Shown here: positions 9,830-20,439 of the stretch, in pieces
How positions within the stretch are numbered: position 1 is the first letter of the stretch
How the letters are laid out: every line of letters begins with the position of its first letter
From: Candidatus Obscuribacteraceae bacterium
GTDB taxonomy: Bacteria; Cyanobacteriota; Vampirovibrionia; Obscuribacterales; Obscuribacteraceae
DNA: 64,000 bases
Direction of reading: 5' to 3'
Assembly: GCA_044226015.1 (NCBI GenBank)
Contig: JBGAHS010000001.1
Location: forward strand, 896,001 to 960,000
The notes under the pieces: model-generated
What the model saw: only the letters and a program-made list of their open reading frames with translations
Told to the model about the DNA's origin: nothing
Database searches by the model: none
Made by a program: the position numbers and the translations under genes

Positions 9830-12800
9830 TCAGACTGTAGGAATACTGAGGCTGTCGCGCTCTGTGCTCCTGTTTTTTTTCCAGCGTTGCCATCTCTCGG
9901 CTCGGTCGAGACGAGCACGTAGCGTTTGCAGGCTCACACCCTCAAGATGCTTTTGGGATTTCTCTTCGTGCAGGTCGCAGAGTAATTTTGCTAGCTTTGC
10001 GGCTTTCCCTTTGCCTTCAACTCTTTCCAGATAATTTCTTGTCTTCAAATTTTTGATGATGTACCCGCTGCTCACACAGCTGTCGTAGAAGAGTTCTAGT
10101 AAGGGAATGGGTGGCTTGCTGGCTGTCTGCAGCGGTAGCTCAGCAATGCAGATCTCTAATGCACGATGAACAAAATCCAGGTGCAATGGCGATACTCTCA
10201 TTGTCTCCTTAAGTGCTGAAACCCATCTTGATAGAGTTATCTTGCCTGTGCTGAGTACCTTTTCCATGTCCGTGCCAAACGCTACCGGGTCTATGCGGTT
10301 TTCTTCTATTGCCGCTATGCACGCATCTAACGCCAATCTCGCCTGGTCTGCTTGTTTTGCCGATAAAGCAAAGACTAAAATCCACGCGCCCATTTTGTGT
10401 AAAGGCAAATCGGGGTCAAAAACACAGTTCCACGAACTCTTCCAATACTCGCCCTGGCTGTCCATGAAAAGCGCCGTTCTTCTGCCCAGATACGCGAAAT
10501 AGGGCTCGCGATTTTGTAGGAAGTAGTATTCCAATATGTCATTGCCATCGAAAAATCCTGTGCGATCGTGAATTAGTTCAATTGGAAAAAATCTCAAGTT
10601 CGCTCTTGGTACTACCTTTGGTGACACCTGAAGTGGCAAAAGGTCTTCTGCCTGCTGATTCCATGTAAAGATTCTGTCTTCTCTTTTTTTGAACTCCTCC
10701 ATGCTGTCGTGGTATTTTGCTGCGATTGCCGAGTCTGGACCCAGCCCAGGAAAAGAGTTGTTCAGTAGCTCGCTGCTTCCAAAAGGGTCACGGCATCGGA
10801 ATGCTGCAATCCAGAGTTCTGGCGTCTTCAGTGAGCCTGTAATCTCTGCGCCGAAAGCGTAAGCAATTGCTCTAGTGATTTCGTCAGCAGCAGCAGGCAA
10901 TTTGACGCCGCTGCGTCCATCAGGCGCAAGCCTGAGCATCATTTGAATCACATCCGTCATTAGAAGTGGAACATCCGCATTTTTCCATGCCTGTATTCTT
11001 TCTGGAATAACCTGTGGGTCTATCCAGCCTCCAGCGTGAGTAGGAGCCGAAAGCAAAGGCAGCGAAACTCTCTTGTTGATAATTTTCAATATTTCTTTTA
11101 GGCGCTCTGAAAAGAAACTCAGAGGCATCGCTTTGCCTAGATTGAAATCTGATGAGGGCTTTAGATAGTCAGGAATAAGGTTCAAATCATCAGTGATTCC
11201 GATAGTTTTGAGAACCTTTGTGAACAGACCTGATGGATTTCCAGGCGCTTTTACATCCATCCATCCGAGCGCAAGAGCTTGAAGGTCAAACTGATAGGAA
11301 AAGCCTCCGAATGCTTGTAGCGGGCGGGGAAACTGTGTCAGATTCATCTCCGTATTCGCTACTTTCTTTCGTAGTGATGAAACCCTGTTTTCAAAATCTA
11401 GAGGACGAATATTGTTGAGTCTAGCGATGCCATCGAGTAATCGTTCGATATCATCGCAGTTAGCTGTGCCCTCAAGAATATGCAGGTATAGGAATATCAA
11501 ATCGTCGAGATTCTCAACTGGAGTCATTCGTTTGTCTGGGTTGAGGCGAGGGTAGTCGTTGGATTCCGACCAGTCAATTACACCAATTGCTTCAGCAGCT
11601 TCGATCGCGTTGAACGCAGAGCTCACACCTGCAATATCTAGAAATCTCTCTTCCAGTGCTGAGGCTTGAGCCTTTAGTCTCTCAATTTGATTTGCAAAAT
11701 CTGTTGTTGAAATGCTTGCATTCATTTCTTCTTGAGCTGGCTTTGCACTTGTAGTATCTACCTGCATGTGCACTGCACCGGCGGAAGCTATACTGCCTCC
11801 TACGTGCGAAATTGAATCTTGAGATGACTCGTGCATTGCGGCTGTCCCTTTTTTCTTGAAAGGAACGATGTTTCCCTCTGCACCGATTGGAATTGGCAGT
11901 ACGTCGTTGTTCTTATTGCTCAGGTCTTTTGTTGCTTCCTCTCCTTCTTTTGATTGAAGAATTTCGTTGAGCTCTTGCCTGACCAGGCCGCTCAATAGAT
12001 GCTGACGAGCTTCTAAAGCAGACTGTAGTTCGGGATTATTGACTTGTTTCGTTTTTTTCAAGAAAGACAAAACCTTTTTCTGCACCTCTGTGGAAGAGTG
12101 TTCAAGACCTTCTACGGCTGCAAGCGCAAGCTCTGTTGCTTTGCTCTTATCGTTTTGGTAGAGGCGGTCTAAGAATTTCAAAGCCGCGATAGCCGGGTCT
12201 TTTCGTTTGTGATAAAAAACGCGAGTCAGACTATTCAAAACGTCTTCGTTGGCTACATCGTCAAGCGGCAACCCGGCCACCTTATCTATAGCCCAGGTCA
12301 GAGTCGAGGTATCTTTTAGAGAAAGTAAGCTGAGATATGAGCTCGCGTGAGATGCTCTCTCTGTTTCGTTGCAATTGAGCTCGTCATGCAAGGTTTGAAA
12401 CCAGTTAGTCGGTGCAAATTCTCCCATCAAACCGCTTGATGATTTTGACTCTGAGTCTGCGGCGAGTCTTGCAAGCCAGTGAAAGCAAATTTCCATCAAA
12501 CGCAATTTGATTTGCTCGTCGCGTTTTGAAAGTTCGACTAATGCCAGTTTCCATAAGTAAGTAGCGCGTCTGTTGTTTTCTGCCAGGTGCGATAAGAGTC
12601 CCCATTGTTCCCTACCGCCGCCTCTAACCAGCTGCTGTGTGGTGGCTGTAGGGTCGGTGAGTCCGCGAATTGCTCGGTCGTTTTCGAGCATCTTCCAGAG
12701 CATTTCGTCTTTCATCTCAGCATCGCTGAGAATATACGATGCTAAATCATCCGGTTGCATTTGCCCCAGCTCGAGCGCCATTCCAAGCCAGAAACCGTCG

Positions 12801-13309
12801 CCGTGTTCTATTTTGATGCCTTCTTCTCGTTCTATTTTGCGCGTATAGTTCCAGCAAACGTGAGGCGCCGAGTCGCAGGCATGGTTTAGCCACTTATCGA
12901 ACCATTTGGGCTTTCGCTCTTTCATAATCGCAAAGGCGTGCTCTGGTGTTCGTACTCCTATTTTTCGTAATTGAGGCAAAGCAGAGCAGCCCAGCATCGA
13001 TAGCTCGGCTAACACAATGCACTGAGGCTGACGAAACTTTGTTGATATTTTTATTTCCTTTGCATCTACTTTTTTTAGAAGAGCTATTTGGTTTTGGGTT
13101 CGTTTAGGCAAGAATTCGTTGCCATTCATCCAGCCCATAGAGCCATTCCACATGCTTGTTTCACGGTGAGCAACACAAAGATCGTGCCAGAGTTCCGCTC
13201 GCTCAGAAAAACTCTTTCGTTCACTATCTTTCATTCCAGCAAAGAAGCTTACGCAATTTTCTGGGTCAAAGCTGCAAATCATTGCATCAAAGTCTTCAGT
13301 TGTTTTCAC
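9830..13309 (-). CDS. Large alpha-helical protein, DUF6493-like
   Basis: 1159-aa ORF with a HEAT-like helical middle and C-terminal LLSAPTHAGGWIDP...DVIQMMLRL; 12 bp downstream of a SWIM gene, the usual context for this family. Confidence 0.7.
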   Translation of the reverse strand: MKTTEDFDAMICSFDPENCVSFFAGMKDSERKSFSERAELWHDLCVAHRETSMWNGSMGWMNGNEFLPKRTQNQIALLKKVDAKEIKISTKFRQPQCIVLAELSMLGCSALPQLRKIGVRTPEHAFAIMKERKPKWFDKWLNHACDSAPHVCWNYTRKIEREEGIKIEHGDGFWLGMALELGQMQPDDLASYILSDAEMKDEMLWKMLENDRAIRGLTDPTATTQQLVRGGGREQWGLLSHLAENNRRATYLWKLALVELSKRDEQIKLRLMEICFHWLARLAADSESKSSSGLMGEFAPTNWFQTLHDELNCNETERASHASSYLSLLSLKDTSTLTWAIDKVAGLPLDDVANEDVLNSLTRVFYHKRKDPAIAALKFLDRLYQNDKSKATELALAAVEGLEHSSTEVQKKVLSFLKKTKQVNNPELQSALEARQHLLSGLVRQELNEILQSKEGEEATKDLSNKNNDVLPIPIGAEGNIVPFKKKGTAAMHESSQDSISHVGGSIASAGAVHMQVDTTSAKPAQEEMNASISTTDFANQIERLKAQASALEERFLDIAGVSSAFNAIEAAEAIGVIDWSESNDYPRLNPDKRMTPVENLDDLIFLYLHILEGTANCDDIERLLDGIARLNNIRPLDFENRVSSLRKKVANTEMNLTQFPRPLQAFGGFSYQFDLQALALGWMDVKAPGNPSGLFTKVLKTIGITDDLNLIPDYLKPSSDFNLGKAMPLSFFSERLKEILKIINKRVSLPLLSAPTHAGGWIDPQVIPERIQAWKNADVPLLMTDVIQMMLRLAPDGRSGVKLPAAADEITRAIAYAFGAEITGSLKTPELWIAAFRCRDPFGSSELLNNSFPGLGPDSAIAAKYHDSMEEFKKREDRIFTWNQQAEDLLPLQVSPKVVPRANLRFFPIELIHDRTGFFDGNDILEYYFLQNREPYFAYLGRRTALFMDSQGEYWKSSWNCVFDPDLPLHKMGAWILVFALSAKQADQARLALDACIAAIEENRIDPVAFGTDMEKVLSTGKITLSRWVSALKETMRVSPLHLDFVHRALEICIAELPLQTASKPPIPLLELFYDSCVSSGYIIKNLKTRNYLERVEGKGKAAKLAKLLCDLHEEKSQKHLEGVSLQTLRARLDRAERWQRWKKNRSTERDSLSIPTV

Positions 13310-13321
13310 GCTTACCTCTAT

Positions 13322-14686
13322 TCAAGCTTGCTCAGAAGCGACAATGTCCACCGCAAGAATGTGGCTGCACGGTCCGCGCTCTCCTGGGTGTTTTGAGTAC
13401 CAGGGACAGGTACATTTAGCCTCTCCATCGTTGATGAGGACACGGTGTTCGGCGCCTTCGCCTTTCACATATGCTTCAATTTTTTCGTCTGATCTTACAG
13501 GAATGCGCACAGCATTTTCTTCGACGAGTTTTTTCGCTTTCACTAAGCGAGGTTGTAAATCTGAAACAAGGTCGAGGTCAAATGGAAGTTCTCGATGAAA
13601 GTATTTCCCTTCAGTCAAATCGTAGCCAACTAGACCTCTAGTTCCTAGCATCGATAGACCCGACAAGACCGCTTCGTTATCGCTTCCTGTGGCCGCGGCA
13701 AGTACTTTGGGATCAATCTTTGCCTGCCATTGAAGTTGCGCACGAAGCTTTGCTAAGGTTTCGTCGCTGGCATCATTTGTCAGGTGATTTAGGGCTTGCC
13801 CTTCGCCGGAAAATCCGCGCGAAGCATCTGGACTCAAGATGAAGTGAAAAGAACACTCTGGCGTAACCAATTCCCATCCAGACACCCCCTGCGTGCCAGA
13901 ATAAACGCGGACCACTTGTGCGTGTCGGAGTATGTCCTCCATGATTTTTAGTCGACCAACCGCTCCTACAGCGACTCCTTGAGCGTGCTCTCGTTGCGAA
14001 ATACGAACTCCTTTTCCGGCTGGAACCAAATATGATACCGCTCCTCTTTGCCAGGTTTGATGCTGAGGCAGCGAACTGAGTAAACGCCTGAACTCTGACG
14101 CGGGAACCTCAAAAGCCGGTTTCAATTTTGACTGATACAGTTGTACCTCAACAAAGCCTTTTAACCATCTAACAGGCAACTTCACCTTCTTCTCGACTAC
14201 TTTGCCTTGTGCCCGTTCCAGTTCGACACCGTCGGCCCCAACATTCAGTCCTACTTGTTCGGAGTTGAGGATGCCCGCTAAAGCAGCCCTCATCGGTGGG
14301 TTGAAGTCTACGTTTGTTGTGCCCCTTCCCATCCAATCGCCATCTATAGCGTTAGGATTTAGGTCCAGTCGGCAATATGCTCCGCAGCAAACTGAAAATG
14401 CTTCGAAGCGCAGGCGGTCTCCACCGCTGGTGACGACCGGGTCTGCAGCTGCCAGCAGCCGCTCACGGAGTTCTCCAGGATGAAAAAATCTGCTGCGACT
14501 GATAAGCGAACAGGCTAAAAGCATATCCGCAGTGCGCCTGGGCTGTGTCATTCTGCCCTGGAAAAAATAGGGGTTCTGAGCGACTCCCCCACTCGTTGCC
14601 AGTCGCAAGCGCGGCTTGCCTGCACTTGTGTCTAGCAAAGAGGGGAAAGCATAGAGATATTGGACTTGAACCGTCGCAGAAGCCAT
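13322..14686 (-). CDS. SWIM zinc finger family protein
   Basis: C-terminal CTCPW...GPCSHILAV (CxC-xn-CxH); N-terminal DPVVT...LRFEAFSVCCGAY...GTTNVDFN. Confidence 0.85.
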   Translation of the reverse strand: MASATVQVQYLYAFPSLLDTSAGKPRLRLATSGGVAQNPYFFQGRMTQPRRTADMLLACSLISRSRFFHPGELRERLLAAADPVVTSGGDRLRFEAFSVCCGAYCRLDLNPNAIDGDWMGRGTTNVDFNPPMRAALAGILNSEQVGLNVGADGVELERAQGKVVEKKVKLPVRWLKGFVEVQLYQSKLKPAFEVPASEFRRLLSSLPQHQTWQRGAVSYLVPAGKGVRISQREHAQGVAVGAVGRLKIMEDILRHAQVVRVYSGTQGVSGWELVTPECSFHFILSPDASRGFSGEGQALNHLTNDASDETLAKLRAQLQWQAKIDPKVLAAATGSDNEAVLSGLSMLGTRGLVGYDLTEGKYFHRELPFDLDLVSDLQPRLVKAKKLVEENAVRIPVRSDEKIEAYVKGEGAEHRVLINDGEAKCTCPWYSKHPGERGPCSHILAVDIVASEQA

Positions 14687-14767
14687 GTTTTGTTTCCTAT
14701 ACGTCTTATGATTAATGTGCCACTGGCAAAATCCATATAACGTATTGTGGTCATCTGAACGGCTAAT

Positions 14768-17749
14768 TTATTTTGTCTCGAACTCTGTGTCGAGCTCGAA
14801 GAAGTGCGAATTTGGGAGTGATAGATCGAGTGAAGGTTGACTGCGTAGCTCTACTTTCATGTTTCGAAACTCAACAGCTCCTTTGCCTTTAAAGACACCA
14901 TAGTCCAGAACTTCCCACCATGGACGCCCCAGGAAATTCAGCCGTACATTAGTCATTTCAATGGGAGTGGCTAGCATCTTGCCGTCGGCGTCCAGAGTTC
15001 TGATTGGTTGTGTCACTTCCTCAAACGAAAACTCACGCCACTCTTTCTTGGCTTCCAACACCTGCGGTGCCAGCGGTGCAAACTCGTCAAACATACGCTC
15101 GCCCTGCTTGAACGTCTCTAGTAAAGCAATTGATGCACGAGTGTTCTCTGCTTTTGCCCGCAGCTGTCCTGAGACTTTTATGCGAAGTGATTGTGATGGC
15201 AGCGCTCGAAGGTCTCGCATGAAAGTCTCAAGAGAGATGTTCGCAAGACCGAGTCTGTTTTTTGCGTTAATCAGCTGATCAGCAAGATCAATGGTTCGAA
15301 CCCACAACTCGGGTGGCGACGGATCGAGAACGCCCAGTAAATATGCTCTGGGCTTCAGATGGGTGGCTTCTCCACCCATGGAAAATAGTTCCAGTCCTTT
15401 GTTGTTAGTCTTGGGCCATTCGTCAAGCCGCAGCTCTCCCGGACAATCTGCAAAAAATCCTTTTGTCCAGGAGAAGTTACGCAGAGAGACTGTATGTATG
15501 CGGTTTCCCATAGCATCCGTGAAGTCAGCAAATATCTTGGGACGTGCTTTATCATTTTCTTTCAGGCTGAATACAAATTTGTTTTCCCCTGGTGAAACTA
15601 TATTTTCTGTTGGCAAAGCTGTGCTAATCCACTGGCGGAAGTCGCTGCAGCGCTTGCTCGACGAGTAGCCGAACACGGCAAAGTACATTGCCTCGCCACG
15701 CATGCTGCGGTCAAGATTTAGTAGTGGAATCCAATCTGGTTTCAGGTCTCGTCCGTTGGCTTGCAGATTCAACCCGGAAAGAATGGCTAGGTCTCTTTCT
15801 GGAACGCTGTGTGAGGAAGCATCATTTGCATCTATCACTAAATACCAACGATTGTAATTGCTTCCCGTCGGAATATTGATTTTTGCCACCATTCTGTCAC
15901 GATCGACCGAGCCCATTTTGATTACGGCTTCGCTCGCCATAAACTGATGCGAGACAGTAATGAAGCAACAAAATCCTGTAATGAGAGCAAATGCACAAAG
16001 CAGTAGTTTTGATCTTCCGCCACGGAAGAACGTAAACGCAGGAATCAAAATTCCACAGCTGAGGACAATTGTCATAAACAGCCCGGCGCAGACTGAGAGT
16101 GGAGCCAGCCCCATGTCGCAGCTGAGGTCTGAAATGCGACCATAGCCCGGCACCAGCAGGTAATACAGGAGCATCGACACGAGAGGCGCTGCGATGAGAG
16201 CTGCCAGCGGAATTAGTGCTTCCTTTTTACGCTTGAGCAAGTTACTCAAGAAATAAGACGCCGCAACTATACCTACAGGCATCGCCGTTATGTAATATCG
16301 ACTCATTGAAATGAAGGCGCATGATACAAGGTGGAAACACATGAAGACGCCAATCAATAAGCCGGTGAGCAAGAGCACGTAATCTGGTCGCTTTCTGCCA
16401 TGTTCGAGCAATAGAGTTATGCCTAATACTGCAGCTAGAAGGATCAATTGATGCTCAAATCTCTGTAACAGAATGGGCACAGCAAACGTCTTTACTTGAA
16501 AGTCGTTCCAGGGCGAATCTATGAGTCTGGCTGGCTTTCTGAGCATCAGGTCGACTACAGCAGCTGGTCTGGTATTGAGCTGATCTAAAATTCCATGGAC
16601 TACTTCACCCATAGATTTTTCAAATTGTTCAGGGTGTTGCACCAGCGGTGATGGCAGTGCGTCGAACCCATCTGTTCGTAAATTCATGCCTTGTGATAGG
16701 TTGAGTGGTCCATAGCGATCAATCATGACCGATGGCTTGCCGCTCAATACTTGTCTTGTCATTGCCCATGGAGTCAAACAAACGCTCACCCCGAGCAAGA
16801 AAGCAACTATTGCTGCTGGGTGAAATAGGCGCTTGTTTCGGCTAAGGGAAGCGACCAATAGCAAACAAAAGCACATCATCGCTGGCCAGGGTAAGAGGGT
16901 TGGGCGTCCTAGCATCAACATGCCAGTGCAGCAGCCAGCTACCGCTGCCAACCCGAAAGCCCTCATTCCAAATCTATTTTTCTTGCGTTCTTCGCTTAAC
17001 TTTGCTACTGATGGAAATTCCTCTGAACTCGCCTCAGCCACCGCTGCTGCTGCATATTCTTTGCGAATATCGTCGGGTTGAATCAGCATCTCCTGTCGTT
17101 TGCGTTCTTGATGTCGAGCATAAAGAAAGACGCTGTAGAGAGCAAAAATTGAAATGCTCGTAGCTGGAATTTCAGTCAAAATTCTGCCGGCGTTTGCAAG
17201 AAAACCACTGTAAGTGATGGCTAAAATTGCAGCTATTCTGCCTGCCATGGTGCCGCCGAGAGACCGAGCAAATGCCCAGATGCCAACGCAACACGATGCT
17301 AAGCAAATGATCATTGCCAACGCTCCAACGTTCCAATTTGGCATGATGAGAGCCTTGCCTGAAACGCCGTACGCTATGAGCAGAATTAGTGGCAAAAGAG
17401 GACCAGACTTTTGCAACTCAAGAATTCCAGGAACGTGCGAAACGATTGCAGTCCTCAATACATCATCGTGACAGGCACCAGCAAAATAGCGGCAAACATC
17501 CGCAAGATTCTCTCGGTGCAAGAGCTGTTGGCACGATTGGGTTATCCAAAGATAGCCCTGCGAATCAAAAAGAAGTGAGGTATATGGGCCAAAATGAAAG
17601 ACCTGAAGATAGAATGCGCAGGATGCAGCGGCGAACACTTTCAAGGCTTCAATAAGATAACCTTGCGCTAGTGATCCGATTCTAAGCGGCGAATTAGTGC
17701 TGCTTTCGGATGCCTCTGACTTAGCATCTTCAGGCATAACGATGTTCAC
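14768..17749 (-). CDS. Multi-pass membrane glycosyltransferase (GT-C/PMT/ArnT-like) with a large C-terminal extracytoplasmic domain
   Basis: FDSQGY after TM1, LTEIP and GRP motifs, about 12-13 TM segments; GTG start overlaps the upstream stop (GTGA). Confidence 0.6.
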   Translation of the reverse strand: MNIVMPEDAKSEASESSTNSPLRIGSLAQGYLIEALKVFAAASCAFYLQVFHFGPYTSLLFDSQGYLWITQSCQQLLHRENLADVCRYFAGACHDDVLRTAIVSHVPGILELQKSGPLLPLILLIAYGVSGKALIMPNWNVGALAMIICLASCCVGIWAFARSLGGTMAGRIAAILAITYSGFLANAGRILTEIPATSISIFALYSVFLYARHQERKRQEMLIQPDDIRKEYAAAAVAEASSEEFPSVAKLSEERKKNRFGMRAFGLAAVAGCCTGMLMLGRPTLLPWPAMMCFCLLLVASLSRNKRLFHPAAIVAFLLGVSVCLTPWAMTRQVLSGKPSVMIDRYGPLNLSQGMNLRTDGFDALPSPLVQHPEQFEKSMGEVVHGILDQLNTRPAAVVDLMLRKPARLIDSPWNDFQVKTFAVPILLQRFEHQLILLAAVLGITLLLEHGRKRPDYVLLLTGLLIGVFMCFHLVSCAFISMSRYYITAMPVGIVAASYFLSNLLKRKKEALIPLAALIAAPLVSMLLYYLLVPGYGRISDLSCDMGLAPLSVCAGLFMTIVLSCGILIPAFTFFRGGRSKLLLCAFALITGFCCFITVSHQFMASEAVIKMGSVDRDRMVAKINIPTGSNYNRWYLVIDANDASSHSVPERDLAILSGLNLQANGRDLKPDWIPLLNLDRSMRGEAMYFAVFGYSSSKRCSDFRQWISTALPTENIVSPGENKFVFSLKENDKARPKIFADFTDAMGNRIHTVSLRNFSWTKGFFADCPGELRLDEWPKTNNKGLELFSMGGEATHLKPRAYLLGVLDPSPPELWVRTIDLADQLINAKNRLGLANISLETFMRDLRALPSQSLRIKVSGQLRAKAENTRASIALLETFKQGERMFDEFAPLAPQVLEAKKEWREFSFEEVTQPIRTLDADGKMLATPIEMTNVRLNFLGRPWWEVLDYGVFKGKGAVEFRNMKVELRSQPSLDLSLPNSHFFELDTEFETK

Positions 17750-18978
17750 TGCCAGCTGCCATTCTTATCAAAAGCAAGACTCGACCCGTTTGTGAGTTTG
17801 TCTGCAAGTGCGCTAAAGAATTTCAGTCCACCCTTGCCAGTCATGTGTGCCGTATCGCAATATAGGCTCTTGTCGAAAGTTTTGCTGTCCTGCAAATCAA
17901 CAAATTGCGTGTGGTATTTGCTTGCCAGCTCGTTGACGCTCTTCTTGTACAGGTCATATGCACCCGGTGGCATAAGATTGATATTGTCTTGAGTGAGCGG
18001 CATGTTTACCAGCATTACGCTGATGCCCTGTTGCTCACAAAATGAAAGGAACTTCTCAAAATAACTAAGTTGCATTTTGAAGTCTTTCATCTTTAGAGGT
18101 TGGTAGCGCTTTCTGTACTCGTCGCTATTATCAGTGTAGTGAGCCTCTAAATTTGGAAGGGCTATTCTCTCGTTAGAGCCGATGTCCTCCGGCAATTCCA
18201 GTAATGCAAGTCTGCGCAATGCAAAAGGTGTATGAACTTCTTCGGTAGGTTTATATCCAATCAATCGGAGTAAACCTTTTGCATAATGCTGCTGCAAGTA
18301 AACAAAATAGTTGCGATGGTCATAGAGACTGCTGGCATTCTCGGCAACGTATTCCACTTTTTCCCAGAGTGAACCGCGCGCTTGCCATGCCACATCTCGA
18401 GTTCCACCAAGTTTGCTCATAAAGCGGAATATCTCAGTACTCGCTGGGCTTCCCAATGTGTTGTCCATGAAGTCGCGTGGCGCAATTCCATACACGATTA
18501 CCTTCGGTTTTCGCTCGCCTTGAAACAAGGTGCTGCTCAAGACGTAGGCATCAGACGCCATTTGACCTGCCAGCGCAAAAGCAAACGAATTCACCTTTAC
18601 GCCAGTTTTCTTTTGAATCAAATCTTCCAGCATCTCTGCTTTATGGTGATAAACTTCGTTCTGCGGAAGTTTCAAATACTCCGCATCGCCACCGTGAAGC
18701 GCATGCATCAAGAGGCTTGAGCCAATCAAGACAATGTCAGGGTTGGTTTTCTGGCGGCGAAAATCGTCTACCGTCCACCAGACCATACTTCGGTTTGGCG
18801 ATGCATAATGATCAAGTTTCAGATTGTTCCAGTTGATTTTGCAGAATAGGTCAACTACAAGCAATGCTGCTAATGCCCACATGGCATAGCTGGAAAAGAC
18901 CCAAGAACCTCCGCTCTTTGGCTCTGGCACCACCTGCGGTGCTACAGCTTCCTTCTTTATTTCAGTTGCCGTTGGCAT
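17746..18978 (-). CDS. SGNH-like acyl-transfer partner (DltD/AlgJ/DUF1574-like), membrane-anchored
   Basis: N-terminal TM helix, LIGSS catalytic-Ser block, C-terminal DTAH (DxxH); downstream of the MBOAT gene. Confidence 0.7.
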   Translation of the reverse strand: MPTATEIKKEAVAPQVVPEPKSGGSWVFSSYAMWALAALLVVDLFCKINWNNLKLDHYASPNRSMVWWTVDDFRRQKTNPDIVLIGSSLLMHALHGGDAEYLKLPQNEVYHHKAEMLEDLIQKKTGVKVNSFAFALAGQMASDAYVLSSTLFQGERKPKVIVYGIAPRDFMDNTLGSPASTEIFRFMSKLGGTRDVAWQARGSLWEKVEYVAENASSLYDHRNYFVYLQQHYAKGLLRLIGYKPTEEVHTPFALRRLALLELPEDIGSNERIALPNLEAHYTDNSDEYRKRYQPLKMKDFKMQLSYFEKFLSFCEQQGISVMLVNMPLTQDNINLMPPGAYDLYKKSVNELASKYHTQFVDLQDSKTFDKSLYCDTAHMTGKGGLKFFSALADKLTNGSSLAFDKNGSWQ

Positions 18979-18990
18979 TTGATTCGACCC

Positions 18991-20439
18991 TTAGAATTGG
19001 AAGTAGATGAAACGCGGTGATTTGTCTGGTGAGAAGGTCAGAATGATGAACATCATTGCAAAACAGTAAATAGCTTTGACAGGCTTTGGAATGTTCATCA
19101 GAATGTTCTTTTCCTTCACATAGTTCATTGCAAAATGGCTTACTGCTAGGACCGGCAATAATAAGAAGACCGAAGGATAAACCAATGGATAGTTGATTGC
19201 AGGAAGGTTCATCGCCAGCGCAGAACCGCTAGAAGCTGGTGCCAGGAAGAACATTTTCTGCAAAATTGCAAAGCATGACTCTGTAGTCTCAGCGCGGAAA
19301 AATACCCAGCCAATACAAACTGAATGGAATGTCAGCAAAATAGAGAACGCTTTTCCAATTTGCGACTTGAAGAAAGCATCAAGCACTGTGATTTTGCTTT
19401 TTACTGCCTGAAACTCTTTATGAGCTATCAATGCAATTCCCTGAAATGCACCCCAGAAGAGGTAGTGCATAGCTGCTCCGTGCCAGAGTCCGCCGAGCGC
19501 CATAGTCAAAAATAGGTTGCGATAATTCATCCACTTTCCGCAACGTGATCCACCTAATGGAATAAACAGGTAGTCACGCAACCAGGTTGAAAGCGAGATG
19601 TGCCAGCGATGCCAGAAATCAGCTATGTTGCAAGCGATGTATGGAAGATTGAAATTGATTGGAACTTTGTAGCCAAAAAGTTTTGCTGAACCGCGCGCTA
19701 CGTCGGTGTAGCCTGAAAAGTCGAAGTAAATCTGGAAAGCAAAAGCGTAAGTGAAGATCCATAAATCCGTGCCAGTGAATAGTTGTGGGTTGGCAAATCC
19801 ACCCTCAACAAAGAAAGAGAGATTGTCTGCAATCATCACCTTCTTAAATAGCCCAAGTAATATCAAGCTGATACCTTCGTCCAGGCAATCAGGGCTGAAT
19901 TTCGCTTTTGCAAGAAATTGCGGAACGAAATCTTGATAGCGCTTGATTGGTCCTGCGATTTGTGTTGGAAAAAAGCTGGCAAACAGTGAGAATCCCAGGA
20001 AAGAGCGAACCGGCTCACTTCCTTTATAGACGTCTACAACGTAGTGAATGAATTCGAAAACGAAGAAGGAGATGCCCAGCGGCAATATGATCTCAAAAGG
20101 AATTGCCGGAACATTCACGCCGGCTGGTTTCAGCATTGCTGATAAAGTTTCATCGAAGAAATATGCGTACTTGAAGTAGGCAAGTACGAGCAAGTTAGCT
20201 GTGACCGAGAAAATCATCCAGAACTTCTTGCGATGAGGCTGGTTAGCAATAAGCAGCCCTGCAAAATAGTTGAATACTGTGAGGCCCAGAATCAAGAAGA
20301 TATAGATCGGGCGCCAACTCATATAGAACACGTAGCTGGCGACGAGTAAAAGTGGAACACGCAATTTTTGCGGACAAATCCAAAACAGAATTGCCACTAT
20401 TGGAAGAAAGAGCGCATATTTGAGCGAGTTAAAAAGCAT
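18991..20439 (-). CDS. MBOAT family O-acyltransferase (AlgI/DltB/PatA-like)
   Basis: LPLGISFF, FQIYFDFSGYTD, FWHRWHISLSTWLRDY, GLWHGA (catalytic His). Confidence 0.93.
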   Translation of the reverse strand: MLFNSLKYALFLPIVAILFWICPQKLRVPLLLVASYVFYMSWRPIYIFLILGLTVFNYFAGLLIANQPHRKKFWMIFSVTANLLVLAYFKYAYFFDETLSAMLKPAGVNVPAIPFEIILPLGISFFVFEFIHYVVDVYKGSEPVRSFLGFSLFASFFPTQIAGPIKRYQDFVPQFLAKAKFSPDCLDEGISLILLGLFKKVMIADNLSFFVEGGFANPQLFTGTDLWIFTYAFAFQIYFDFSGYTDVARGSAKLFGYKVPINFNLPYIACNIADFWHRWHISLSTWLRDYLFIPLGGSRCGKWMNYRNLFLTMALGGLWHGAAMHYLFWGAFQGIALIAHKEFQAVKSKITVLDAFFKSQIGKAFSILLTFHSVCIGWVFFRAETTESCFAILQKMFFLAPASSGSALAMNLPAINYPLVYPSVFLLLPVLAVSHFAMNYVKEKNILMNIPKPVKAIYCFAMMFIILTFSPDKSPRFIYFQF

